NCBI GenBank assembly: GCA_965203515.1
Contig: OZ241907.1
Coordinates: forward strand, 1,824,001 to 1,888,000
Length of the DNA stretch: 64,000 nucleotides
Origin: Spirochaetia bacterium
GTDB lineage: Bacteria > Spirochaetota > Spirochaetia > SZUA-6 > Bin103
Direction: 5' to 3'
Shown: one piece after another, positions 9,646 through 18,409 of the stretch
Numbering within the stretch: position 1 is the first letter of the stretch
How the letters are laid out: each line of letters opens with the position of its first letter
Translations under genes and position numbers: made by a program
Notes under the pieces: generated by a model
What the model saw: the letters and a program-made list of their open reading frames with translations, nothing else
Told to the model about the DNA's origin: nothing
Databases searched by the model: none

Positions 9646-11676
9646 ATGAATATACCGACGAATATACCGACGGACGCTGGCGGCGGCCTGGGACCGATCC
9701 CGCGGCCGAAGGAGGCCCGGCGGCTGCCGGGCGCGGCGCGCGGATCGCTGCACCTGCAGGCCGGGCCGGATTGCATGGAGGCGGCGGCGGTCTATGCCGA
9801 ATGCGCGGCGGAGCTGGGCCTGGACGTCGCAGGAGCGGAGGGCGCAGGAGCGGACGGCGCAGGAGCGGACGGCGCAGGAGCGGAGGGCGCAGGAGCGGAG
9901 GGCCGCCGCATCCCGGTCTCCCTGGTGCTGGGCACGCCCCCGCCGCCGGCCGGCGGCCGCGGCGCGGAAGCGTACCGGCTGCAGGTGGCCGACGACAGCA
10001 TCGAGGTGCGCGCCGCATCGCATGCCGGCCTGGTGTACGGCATCCACACGCTGCTGCAACTGGCCCGCCGGCAAGGCGGGGAGGTGGAGGTTCCGGCCTG
10101 CGTGATCGACGACTGGCCCGACTTCCGCATGCGCGGACTGCAGGACGATCCGGCGCGCGGCCAGGTTGCCACGGTCGCCGGCTACGAGCGGCTGATCCGC
10201 GAGCTGTCGCGTCTCAAGTACAACGTGCTCACGTTCCATACCGAGGACCTGTTCGCCTTCGAGCGCTATCCGGCCCTGGGCCGGGCGCACGGGGCGATGG
10301 ACGCGAGTCGGTGGCGCCGCCTGGTGGAGTACGGCCGGCGCTACGGCGTGGAGTTGTTCCTCACCTTTCAGACCTTCGGCCATGCCGGGCGCGTGACCGG
10401 CATGCCGGAGTTCAACCATCTCTCCGACCTGGACGGCGGCGCCAGCCATTACTCGCCGGCGGTGCCGGCCGTGTACGATTTCCTCGGCGATCTGCTCGAC
10501 GAGCTGGCGGCAGTGTTCGACGGCGACACCATCCACGTCGGCTGCGACGAGGTAGCGCTGAGCGGTCACGGGCTGCGCTCCAGCGCCATGGTGCGCGAGC
10601 GCGGCGCCGCGGCGGTCTACGTCGACCACGTGCGCGAGGTGGCTCGCCTCGCGCGCCGTCACTGGCGACGGGTGCTGTTCTTCGCCGAGTTCGCCGACAC
10701 GCGCTACCGGCCGCACGCGCAGGGAACCGACGACGACGTCCGCGCGCTGCGCGATGCCGGACTGTCGTTCGTGAACTGGAACTATTACGACGACAAGCCG
10801 GAGGAATACTTCCCGTTCCTGCACCGCCTGCAGCGCCACGGGGTCGACCAGGTGATCTCCCCCGGCGTGTGGACGTGGCGGCAGCTCTTTCCGAGCTTCA
10901 CGCTGACGCGCGAGACGCTGCCGGTGTTCACGCGGGTCGGCTTTGGCGAGGGGATCACCGACAGCATCACCTGCGCGTGGAACGACACGCGCGACTGCTT
11001 CCGGGAGCTGCACTACCTCAACTACGCGTTCGCCGCCGAGCACCAGTGGAACGGAGCGGCGCCGGTGGAGGCGGACGAGCCGTTCATCGCCCGCTGGGCG
11101 GAGCGGTTCTTCGGCGCCCCCGCCGACGCCTTGGCCCGGGCGCACGCCTGGCTGGGCGACCTGAACGCCAAGGCGTTCGCCGCCGGGCGCCACGACCACC
11201 GGTACCCGCGGGACTTCAATTGGCGGCCGATGGCCGCGCACGCGGTGTTCTGGAACTACCCGGTCCCCGGCGCCGGCAGCGCTCAGGACGCGGCGGCGTC
11301 GGAGCGGCTCGCCGGGGAGGCGCGGGAGCTGGAGGGCGAGGTGAACGCGGCCGCCGCGGCGTTGCCGCGCAACCGGCCGGTCGTCGATCTGGTGGCGTAC
11401 GAGCTGCGCCGCGCCGCCTGGCTGTTCGACAGCGTGCGCTTCGGGGCGGCCCCCGACACCGCCGCCGCCAGCCGGCTGGCACGGGAGCTGCGGCGGCTGG
11501 GCCGCGACTTCGTGCCGCTCTGGGACGCGACCAACATCCCGCAGGGGCGGGAAGGGGTCGAGGAGCGGTTCGCCAAGTTGGCCGGACTCTACGAGCAGGA
11601 GGCGCGGGCGCTCACGCCGTGGGACGGCGGCTGGGGTCCGGCGCGCCGCATGCAGATCGGCCCCCATCCGATGTGA
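9646..11676 (+). CDS. GH20-family beta-N-acetylhexosaminidase-like protein
   Basis: EAYRLQV; IDDWPDFRMRG..DD.AR; FQTFGHA; catalytic IHVGCDE. Confidence 0.85.
   Translation: MNIPTNIPTDAGGGLGPIPRPKEARRLPGAARGSLHLQAGPDCMEAAAVYAECAAELGLDVAGAEGAGADGAGADGAGAEGAGAEGRRIPVSLVLGTPPPPAGGRGAEAYRLQVADDSIEVRAASHAGLVYGIHTLLQLARRQGGEVEVPACVIDDWPDFRMRGLQDDPARGQVATVAGYERLIRELSRLKYNVLTFHTEDLFAFERYPALGRAHGAMDASRWRRLVEYGRRYGVELFLTFQTFGHAGRVTGMPEFNHLSDLDGGASHYSPAVPAVYDFLGDLLDELAAVFDGDTIHVGCDEVALSGHGLRSSAMVRERGAAAVYVDHVREVARLARRHWRRVLFFAEFADTRYRPHAQGTDDDVRALRDAGLSFVNWNYYDDKPEEYFPFLHRLQRHGVDQVISPGVWTWRQLFPSFTLTRETLPVFTRVGFGEGITDSITCAWNDTRDCFRELHYLNYAFAAEHQWNGAAPVEADEPFIARWAERFFGAPADALARAHAWLGDLNAKAFAAGRHDHRYPRDFNWRPMAAHAVFWNYPVPGAGSAQDAAASERLAGEARELEGEVNAAAAALPRNRPVVDLVAYELRRAAWLFDSVRFGAAPDTAAASRLARELRRLGRDFVPLWDATNIPQGREGVEERFAKLAGLYEQEARALTPWDGGWGPARRMQIGPHPM
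9828..9902 (+). repeat. In-frame 15-bp tandem repeat x5 (AGA[E/D]G)
   Basis: cgcaggagcgga[g/c]gg five times. Confidence 0.95.
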
Positions 11677-11834
11677 CCGAGGCGGTGCGGACCGCGTCGA
11701 GCCGGGCGGCGGAGCCGGGCGCTTGCGCCGCGCGACGGAACGGCCGAAAATATCGGTGTACGGATATACGGGTCCGAGTATAGGATTGAGTGTCCGGCCC
11801 AAAGAGGAGATGGAGCCGGAGAAGGAGGGCTGCG

Positions 11835-12074
11835 ATGGCAACGCTTGAAGAGATCATCCTCGGCGATATCGAAGACAGCGGCATAGACGCGTCGGATCTC
11901 GGTGTCGAGATACGCAAGGGCAAGGGATTCCTGAACCGCCGCAAGGTGCTGGAGGTGTTCGGCGTGGTCCACTCGGAGGAAGACCACCGGGCGGTCATGC
12001 GCATGGCGGCGCACCACGCCGGTCAGGAATACGACCTGAACGACGCCGTAAAGGTGCACGCCCGCCGGCACTGA
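11835..12074 (+). CDS. Small (79 aa) protein, possibly BON-like
   Basis: Strong SD AAGGAGG at about 11822; LEVFGVVHSEE..RAV...V pattern resembles a BON domain. Confidence 0.6.
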   Translation: MATLEEIILGDIEDSGIDASDLGVEIRKGKGFLNRRKVLEVFGVVHSEEDHRAVMRMAAHHAGQEYDLNDAVKVHARRH

Positions 12075-12218
12075 CGGCTCGGCCGAACGGCGTTCGCGGC
12101 GTAGACCGCCGGCTGCGTAGACCGTCGGCGACGGACCGCTGACCGCCCGTGCGGTTCGCCGGTGCTGTGACAACGCGCGGCGACCGGATACGGTTACGCG
12201 CGGTACGGCGGCGACGAC

Positions 12219-15158
12219 ATGGTGACGGCGGCGGCGCGACGACTCCCGGCGGCCTGCGCGCGCGCTCTTGCGCGCGCCAGGGCGCGCGCCGTTGCGCCGT
12301 GGACGGCCGCCGGCAAGCGGCGGGTGATCGGCATCGCCCTGCTCCTGGCGATCCTGGCGCCGTTTGCGGCGTTCAACCGCCTGCCCAAGCTCGATACGGT
12401 GCGCGCCGACTTGGCGGCGGCGCTGTCGCCCACCGCCGAGTGCTTCCAGGGCTTCTGCGTGGAAGCGGAGCCGGAGTCGACGTTCTGGGCGCGCTGGTGG
12501 CGGTTCTCCACCACCTACCTGCGCCTGGTGGCGATCGGCATGGCCTTCGCCTTCGCCGCCGCCGGCTTGGCCGAAGCGTTTCTGGCGCCACGGGATGGGC
12601 AGGTCCTGGCCGCGCGGACGCCCGGCCGGCTGCGGCGTATCCTGGCCGGGCTGGGCATGGGGCCGGTGGTCAACCTCTGCTCGGCCTGCGTGGTGCCGGT
12701 GTCGAGCGCCGTGCGGCGCGGCGGACTCGGCGTGGAGGGGGCGCTGTCGCTGGTGCACGGCTCGGCGGTCCTCAACGTGCCGTCGCTGCTGATGATCGCG
12801 GTGATCTTCTCGCCGTCGATCGGCGCCAGCCGCGTGCTGCTGGGCGTAGCGGCGGCGTTCCTGTTGGGGCCGCTGGTGGCCGCCGCGGGGGGCCGGCGGG
12901 CGGCCGGCGGGCCGGTGGCAGGCGGCTCGTGCGGCCCGGCTCCGACCGCCGGCGAGGCCCCGGGCGCGACCTGGGGAGAGGTGCTGGCCGCGGGGTTGCC
13001 GGCGTGGGCGCGCGCCTCCGGACGGATGGCGGTGCAGATGGGGCCGATCATGGTGGCGGCCGGGGTGCTCTCGGGCGCCGCCGTCCAGATGCTCCGCCCG
13101 GAGACCGTGGAGGCGTTGCTGGGAAACGATCTGCTCGGCGTCCTGGTCGCCGCGACGCTGGGCGTGCTGATCAACGTGCCGCTGCTGTTCGAGATACCGC
13201 TGGTGACCGTGCTGCTGCTGCTGGGCGCCGGTACCGGACCGGCGGCGGCGCTGCTGTTTGCGGCCGCCGCCGGCGGGCCGGTCACCTTCTGGGGGCTGGC
13301 GCGCGCCATCCCGTGGCGCGGGATCGGCGTCTATGCGGCCGGCACCTGGGCGATCGCAGCCGCCGGCGGACTGCTGGTGCTGGCCGCCGGCGCCCTGCTG
13401 CCGGAGCGGCCGGCGCTGCGCCTGCACGCCGCCGCCGGTTCGGGCCACGCCGCCGGTTCGGGCGATCGGGCCGCCGCCGCGTCCATGCGTGCGGCGCCGG
13501 GCACAGCGCTGGGCGCAGCGGCGCCGGCTCGACTGCCGCCGCTGCGCTTTACCGACGTCAGCGTCGAGTCGGGCGTGTCGGGCGACGTCTACCACTCGCG
13601 CTCCGCGCACAGCCTGGGCGTGAACTGGATCGACGTCGACCGCGACGGGCGGCCCGACCTGTTTGCGGTCGGCGGCGACCCGGAGTTTCCGCCGCGGCTG
13701 TTCCGCAACCTGGGCGGCGGCCGGTTCGCGGCCGCGCACCACCTGATCCCGGAGCTGCCCCCGTACGAGATGTCCGGCTCGGTCTTCGCCGACTACGACA
13801 ACGACGGCGACGACGACATCTACGTCTACACGGACCGTCAGGAGTGGTACCTGCACGGCAGCAACGCGCCGGATGGCCCGCCGAACCTGCTGCTGAAGAA
13901 CCTGCTGGTGGAGAGCGGCGGGCGCATCCCGCCCGGCCGGCCGCTGTTCGCCGAAGCGGCGGCGGCGGCCGGGATCGACGACCGCGCCGCGGAGCCGTTC
14001 GGCGGGCTGCCGGCCTACCGCACCAAGGCGGCGGCATGGCTGGACTACGATCGCGACGGCTGCGTCGACCTGTACGTCGCCCACACGGTGATGAACCGAG
14101 CCGGCCTGGAAGCGCTCCGCGACCGGCTGTACCGCAACCGCTGCGACGGCGCCTTCGAGCCGGCGGCCGTGACCGCAAGCGCGCCGCGGTCGGGCTTCGC
14201 GGTGTTGGGCGCTCACCTGGACGGCGACCAATGGCCCGATCTGTACGTGGCCAACGTGAGCTTCGACCTGGCGTGGCCGCATCACTGGGACCAGATCTAC
14301 CGCAACCGCAACGGCGTGCTGGTCGAGCTGCCGCCGGAGGCGATCCCGGGGGTGGGGGACGACGCGCAAGCGGCGATGGGCATCGACGTCGCGGACGTCA
14401 ACCTGGACGGCCGCTGGGACCTGTACATCTCCGATCTGCTGGACACGCCGCACGAGCGTCCGCCGCGGGGCAACGCGCTCTACCTGGGAGGCGAGGAGCG
14501 GCTGTTCGGCGACAATGCCGCGGCGGCGGCCGGCGTCGCCGGCGACGACTCGTGGGGGGTCAACTTCTTCGACGCCGACCACGACGGGTGGGAGGACTTG
14601 TTCGTGGCGACCATGATGGGCGTCGCATCCGAGCTGCTCTACGCCAACGATCGCGACGGCACCTTTACCAACGTCGCCGCCGGCGCGGGGTATCTCACCG
14701 GCGACAGCCGCGGCAGCGCAGTGGCCGATTATGACGGCGACGGCGATCTGGACCTGGCGGTGGTCAACCAGCACGTGTGCGGCAATACCCGCCCGACCTG
14801 CTCGCTGCAGTTGTTGCGCAACGACACGCCGGCGGCAGGCAACTGGCTGCAGCTCCGCCTGGTCGGCACGCTCAGCAACCGAAGCGCCATCGGCGCGGTG
14901 GTGCGGGTACGGGCTGGCGATCTGACCATGATGCGGCAGGTGAAGGGCGGTTCCGGCGGCCACTCGCAGAGTACGCTGACCGTCCACTTCGGCCTGGGGC
15001 AGGCGACGGCGGCCGACGTGGTGGAGATCGACTGGCCCTCCGGGCTCCGCACTCGCTGGCGCCGGCAGGCCGCGAATCGCCTGATCGAGGTGATCGAGGG
15101 CCAAGCGTGCCGCTCCGCCGGCCTCGTCGACTGCAGCGAACGGGACCTCGGCCGCTGA
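12219..15158 (+). CDS. Fusion: ArsP/DUF318-like permease + FG-GAP/CRTAC1 beta-propeller + ASPIC/UnbV domain
   Basis: N-half multi-TM with NLCSACVVP; C-half with repeated D(Y/V)DxDGxxDL motifs, GNWLQLRL, SNRSAIGA, VHFGLG, IDWPSG. Confidence 0.8.
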   Translation: MVTAAARRLPAACARALARARARAVAPWTAAGKRRVIGIALLLAILAPFAAFNRLPKLDTVRADLAAALSPTAECFQGFCVEAEPESTFWARWWRFSTTYLRLVAIGMAFAFAAAGLAEAFLAPRDGQVLAARTPGRLRRILAGLGMGPVVNLCSACVVPVSSAVRRGGLGVEGALSLVHGSAVLNVPSLLMIAVIFSPSIGASRVLLGVAAAFLLGPLVAAAGGRRAAGGPVAGGSCGPAPTAGEAPGATWGEVLAAGLPAWARASGRMAVQMGPIMVAAGVLSGAAVQMLRPETVEALLGNDLLGVLVAATLGVLINVPLLFEIPLVTVLLLLGAGTGPAAALLFAAAAGGPVTFWGLARAIPWRGIGVYAAGTWAIAAAGGLLVLAAGALLPERPALRLHAAAGSGHAAGSGDRAAAASMRAAPGTALGAAAPARLPPLRFTDVSVESGVSGDVYHSRSAHSLGVNWIDVDRDGRPDLFAVGGDPEFPPRLFRNLGGGRFAAAHHLIPELPPYEMSGSVFADYDNDGDDDIYVYTDRQEWYLHGSNAPDGPPNLLLKNLLVESGGRIPPGRPLFAEAAAAAGIDDRAAEPFGGLPAYRTKAAAWLDYDRDGCVDLYVAHTVMNRAGLEALRDRLYRNRCDGAFEPAAVTASAPRSGFAVLGAHLDGDQWPDLYVANVSFDLAWPHHWDQIYRNRNGVLVELPPEAIPGVGDDAQAAMGIDVADVNLDGRWDLYISDLLDTPHERPPRGNALYLGGEERLFGDNAAAAAGVAGDDSWGVNFFDADHDGWEDLFVATMMGVASELLYANDRDGTFTNVAAGAGYLTGDSRGSAVADYDGDGDLDLAVVNQHVCGNTRPTCSLQLLRNDTPAAGNWLQLRLVGTLSNRSAIGAVVRVRAGDLTMMRQVKGGSGGHSQSTLTVHFGLGQATAADVVEIDWPSGLRTRWRRQAANRLIEVIEGQACRSAGLVDCSERDLGR

Positions 15159-15167
15159 ACCGTCGTC

Positions 15168-15749
15168 CTACGGCCGGTCTGGTCGATGATCGATCATGAG
15201 GGCGGCGACGCGCTCGCCGAGTTCGGTCAGGCAGTAGCCGGTTTCCAGGCTCTGCGTCAGGCCGAGCGCCTTGAGCTTGCGCACGTTCGCCTTGAACGGC
15301 GGCGTCTCCCAGGCCATCGCCGCCGCCAGGTCTCCGGCTCGGGTCGCCGGATGCGCCCGGATGAGCGCCAGCACCGCCGCGGTCCACGGCGCCGCGCTGC
15401 GCCGGTCGGTCGCGCGCAGGCGCGCGGCCGCCGCCTCGGCGCTCAACGCCGGCGGTTGCGCGGGGGCCGGCTCTGCGGTCAGCTCGAACTCGACGCGGGT
15501 GACGGTGGCCGACTCCGGGAGCCGCAGAAGCTCGGCCACCGCCGCGACGCTGGTGATACCCGCGCGGCGCAGGTCGTCGGCCGCGATGTCGGCCAACCGC
15601 ACGGCTCGGACGCCCGTGACCCTGACCGCGCCGCGCGGGCGCAGGCGGTAGACGCCGCCGACCGCGGCCCGCGCCCGCTTCCAGTTGCGGAACGAGACGG
15701 TGACCCGCCCCTCCAGAATCTCCTGGCTCCCCTGCTTAGTAAACTGCAT
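15168..15749 (-). CDS. ASCH/PUA-like domain protein with C-terminal winged HTH
   Basis: ILEGRVTVSFRNW..A..GG (ASCH-like); FKANVRKLKALGLTQSLETGY. Confidence 0.7.
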   Translation of the reverse strand: MQFTKQGSQEILEGRVTVSFRNWKRARAAVGGVYRLRPRGAVRVTGVRAVRLADIAADDLRRAGITSVAAVAELLRLPESATVTRVEFELTAEPAPAQPPALSAEAAAARLRATDRRSAAPWTAAVLALIRAHPATRAGDLAAAMAWETPPFKANVRKLKALGLTQSLETGYCLTELGERVAALMIDHRPDRP

Positions 15750-15773
15750 CAGTAGCAATAGCAACGACGGCGA

Positions 15774-16277
15774 TCAAATATCGCCACGCAACACTTCATC
15801 CTCAATCCATTCGGGTAGTTGCTCGATAGCCTTCATGTCGTCCGGGTGTTTCGTCAGCTTGAACGTAACGCTCTGTCCTTCGGCCATTCGCACCAGTCGG
15901 CCGGCACGGCCCTCGGCGACCATGCCCTTGCGCCAGCCGTTGAACATGATGTGCGCTGGCGAAACCCCAAGGCACAGCAGGTAGTCGTATTGCCGGTCGA
16001 GCCGTATGTGGTTGAACTGATATGATCCGCCAACGTCCTCGGACGCGGTCTTCACCTCGAACTCCTTGTTCTCTATCGTCATATCCGTAGGCGTAGTGCG
16101 AGACCCGCCGTGCACTTGAATGCCGTGGAGCGCCAAATATCGGCGGATGAAATCTTCGCCGATCTCACCTCGATTGGTGTTCGCTACCAGCCGAAACCCC
16201 TCCAGCGGGGCATCCGTCCACTTCGACTGGGGCGAATGGTCACGGATGACTTCGACAAGCAGATCGACGGCGCTCAT
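15774..16277 (-). CDS. Putative Type II restriction endonuclease, PD-(D/E)xK
   Basis: RGEIGE...TD...FEVKTA; ATGA coupling to upstream MTase; lower GC than neighbours. Confidence 0.65.
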   Translation of the reverse strand: MSAVDLLVEVIRDHSPQSKWTDAPLEGFRLVANTNRGEIGEDFIRRYLALHGIQVHGGSRTTPTDMTIENKEFEVKTASEDVGGSYQFNHIRLDRQYDYLLCLGVSPAHIMFNGWRKGMVAEGRAGRLVRMAEGQSVTFKLTKHPDDMKAIEQLPEWIEDEVLRGDI

Positions 16278-17008
16278 GCAGGAGGTTCCCACAGCGGGCC
16301 GGTTTCGCCTCGTTTCCAGAAGACGAGGAAATAGGAATGGTTCTTTCTGGCATGTACCTGGCGGACCGTCCGGCTGACGCCGGGGCGATTGTTCCTTACG
16401 ACGACGAACAGGTCTTCGGAGACGAAGCCCAACCGTTCGTAGTCACGCATGATCTCGACGTGCGTGAAGCGCTGTCGATTCGAGCAGATCTCGTCCTGGC
16501 ACTTGACGATGAAGACGCCGCGTTCGCGCAGCACGCGGTACGCCTCCCGGCCGGCGTCCCGATACAGGTCGAGGACCGCTTCGTGATACTTGCTCGCCGT
16601 CCGGTTGCCCGATTCGTTGTTGCGGTAATGCTCCTCGAACGGCCGGTGGGTCGAATGCGCCGTTCCCCCCGGTGAGTGCATGTAGGGCGGGTCGAGGACG
16701 ACGCAATCGATCTCCCCGTCCCGGTAGGGGAGCGCGCGGCAATCGACGCCTTCCAGGAGATCGGTAGCACGAAGATCGTAGTCTCCCGGATCGACCTGAC
16801 GCCAGAACACGCCCTTGCCGTACGTCACGTCGGCGACGACGCTGCCCGGCTTCACGTACAGGTCCAGGATACGCGGGAACACGTTCTCGTTCCCGTCCGC
16901 GTAGGCGCTCAGCACCAGATCGTTCGTGGCGGCGCCGTTGCGCACCACGCGCTTCCCGTCCCGGAACAGCGGGAGCATGATCTGGATTCCCTTGCGGGTG
17001 ACCATCAT
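16274..17008 (-). CDS. DNA N6-adenine/N4-cytosine methyltransferase
   Basis: SAM-binding-like VADVTYGKG followed by catalytic VLDPPY; start codon uncertain (17008, 17005 or further downstream). Confidence 0.85.
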   Translation of the reverse strand: MMVTRKGIQIMLPLFRDGKRVVRNGAATNDLVLSAYADGNENVFPRILDLYVKPGSVVADVTYGKGVFWRQVDPGDYDLRATDLLEGVDCRALPYRDGEIDCVVLDPPYMHSPGGTAHSTHRPFEEHYRNNESGNRTASKYHEAVLDLYRDAGREAYRVLRERGVFIVKCQDEICSNRQRFTHVEIMRDYERLGFVSEDLFVVVRNNRPGVSRTVRQVHARKNHSYFLVFWKRGETGPLWEPPA

Positions 17009-17112
17009 GACTACCTTACTACGAACACGCGCTCCCGCGGCGCTTCTCACCCGCTCGCACGTCGTTTCCGCTCGCGGAGCGGGCGCTCACGTGATAGGGT
17101 CGATTCGTTCCG

Positions 17113-18348
17113 ATGGAGCGAGGACGGCCGGCGGCGACCGGGCAGGCGGCCCGCGTCGAGGCGGCGATCGAGAGCGGCGCGTTGCGCCGGCCGTCGGCGG
17201 AAAGGCCGTCGTTCGTCGACTTGGTGCGCGCCCTCCAGCGCGGTGCGGGAGCGGCGGTCCCCGCCAGCCCGCACAGCGACGCGATCGCCCGGCATCTGTT
17301 CGATCGCGAGCATCTGCTGCTGGTGCTCGTCGACGCGATGGGCATGACCGCCCTCGCCGATCCGGCGTTCGCCGACCTGCGCAACGGCGTACGGATGCAG
17401 CTCGACGCAGTGTTTCCGGCGACGACCGCATGCGCGATGACGACCCTGGCGACCGGCCTGTGGCCGGCGCAGCACGGCATTCCGGGCTGGTGGGCGTACC
17501 TGGAAGAACACGATCTGGAGGTCGCCGTGTTGCGCTTCCGGGAGCGCCGCTCCGGGCGTTCTCTCAACCGGCTCCGGGTGAACGCGGACGACCTGTGGCC
17601 CCATCCGCCGCCCTTCGCGCAGGCGGCGGCGCAGCAGGGCATCGTCTATCACTATCCGCCGGACATCGCCGGCAGCGCCTTCGTCCGCTACCTGAGCGGC
17701 CGGCGGCGCACGCGCGCGTATCGCAGGCTGCGTCAGGCGTCACGCCGAATCGCCCGGAACCTGCGGCGGCGACGGCGGCGCGCGCCCGCCATGACCTGGT
17801 GGTACATTCCCCACTACGACAGCGCCTGCCATGAGTACGGGGTGGCGAGCGCCAAGGCGCGCGAGCTGCTGGCTGACATCCAGGGGCTGCTGTTGGAGCT
17901 GGCCGCGGCGGTGCCCGACGACGTGCGGATCGTGCTGACCGCCGATCACGGGCAGTTCGACCTGGAGCGCCGCGACCGGTGGCCGCTCTTCGACGGCGAT
18001 CCCGTGCTCGACTGCCTGCGCGCCGCTCCGACCGGCGAAGGCCGCACGCCCCACTTTCACGTGCGGCCGGGCAAGGAGCGCGAACTGGTGGAACGGGTCA
18101 CCGACCGCGCCGGCGAACGGATGGCGGTGCTCAGTCGGCAGGAGGCGGAAGACCTGCGCCTGTTCGGTCCCGGCCCGCTCGGCGAGCCGGCGCGGCGGCG
18201 GTTCGGCGATTACGTCGGCATCGCGCTGGCGCCGTTCAGCGTCTCCTGGTGCGCGTCCGCCGATGCGCCTCAGCTCCGGTACGTCGGGGCGCATGGCGGC
18301 ATGACGCCGGACGAGGTGCGGATTCCCCTCATCGTGCTGGAGCGATAG
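17113..18348 (+). CDS. Alkaline phosphatase superfamily (nucleotide pyrophosphatase/phosphodiesterase-like)
   Basis: LVLVDAMG; FPATT..AMTTLATG.WP..HG; D...H.YG; LTADHG; GAHGG. Confidence 0.85.
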   Translation: MERGRPAATGQAARVEAAIESGALRRPSAERPSFVDLVRALQRGAGAAVPASPHSDAIARHLFDREHLLLVLVDAMGMTALADPAFADLRNGVRMQLDAVFPATTACAMTTLATGLWPAQHGIPGWWAYLEEHDLEVAVLRFRERRSGRSLNRLRVNADDLWPHPPPFAQAAAQQGIVYHYPPDIAGSAFVRYLSGRRRTRAYRRLRQASRRIARNLRRRRRRAPAMTWWYIPHYDSACHEYGVASAKARELLADIQGLLLELAAAVPDDVRIVLTADHGQFDLERRDRWPLFDGDPVLDCLRAAPTGEGRTPHFHVRPGKERELVERVTDRAGERMAVLSRQEAEDLRLFGPGPLGEPARRRFGDYVGIALAPFSVSWCASADAPQLRYVGAHGGMTPDEVRIPLIVLER

Positions 18349-18409
18349 CCATGCGCGAGGTACCGGTCGATCCGACGCCGCGGACCGTGCCGGCGTCCGG
18401 CGGGGGCCG

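Noticed and set aside
11589..15104. 1171-aa minus-strand ORF and similar long ORFs (2045-4621, 7314-9776, 56577-59333)
   Set aside because: Arg/Pro/Gly-rich shadow frames typical of high-GC DNA, overlapping motif-bearing genes
17113..18348. BREX PglZ
   Set aside because: Stand-alone alkaline-phosphatase-fold protein; no brxC, pglX or brxL in the window
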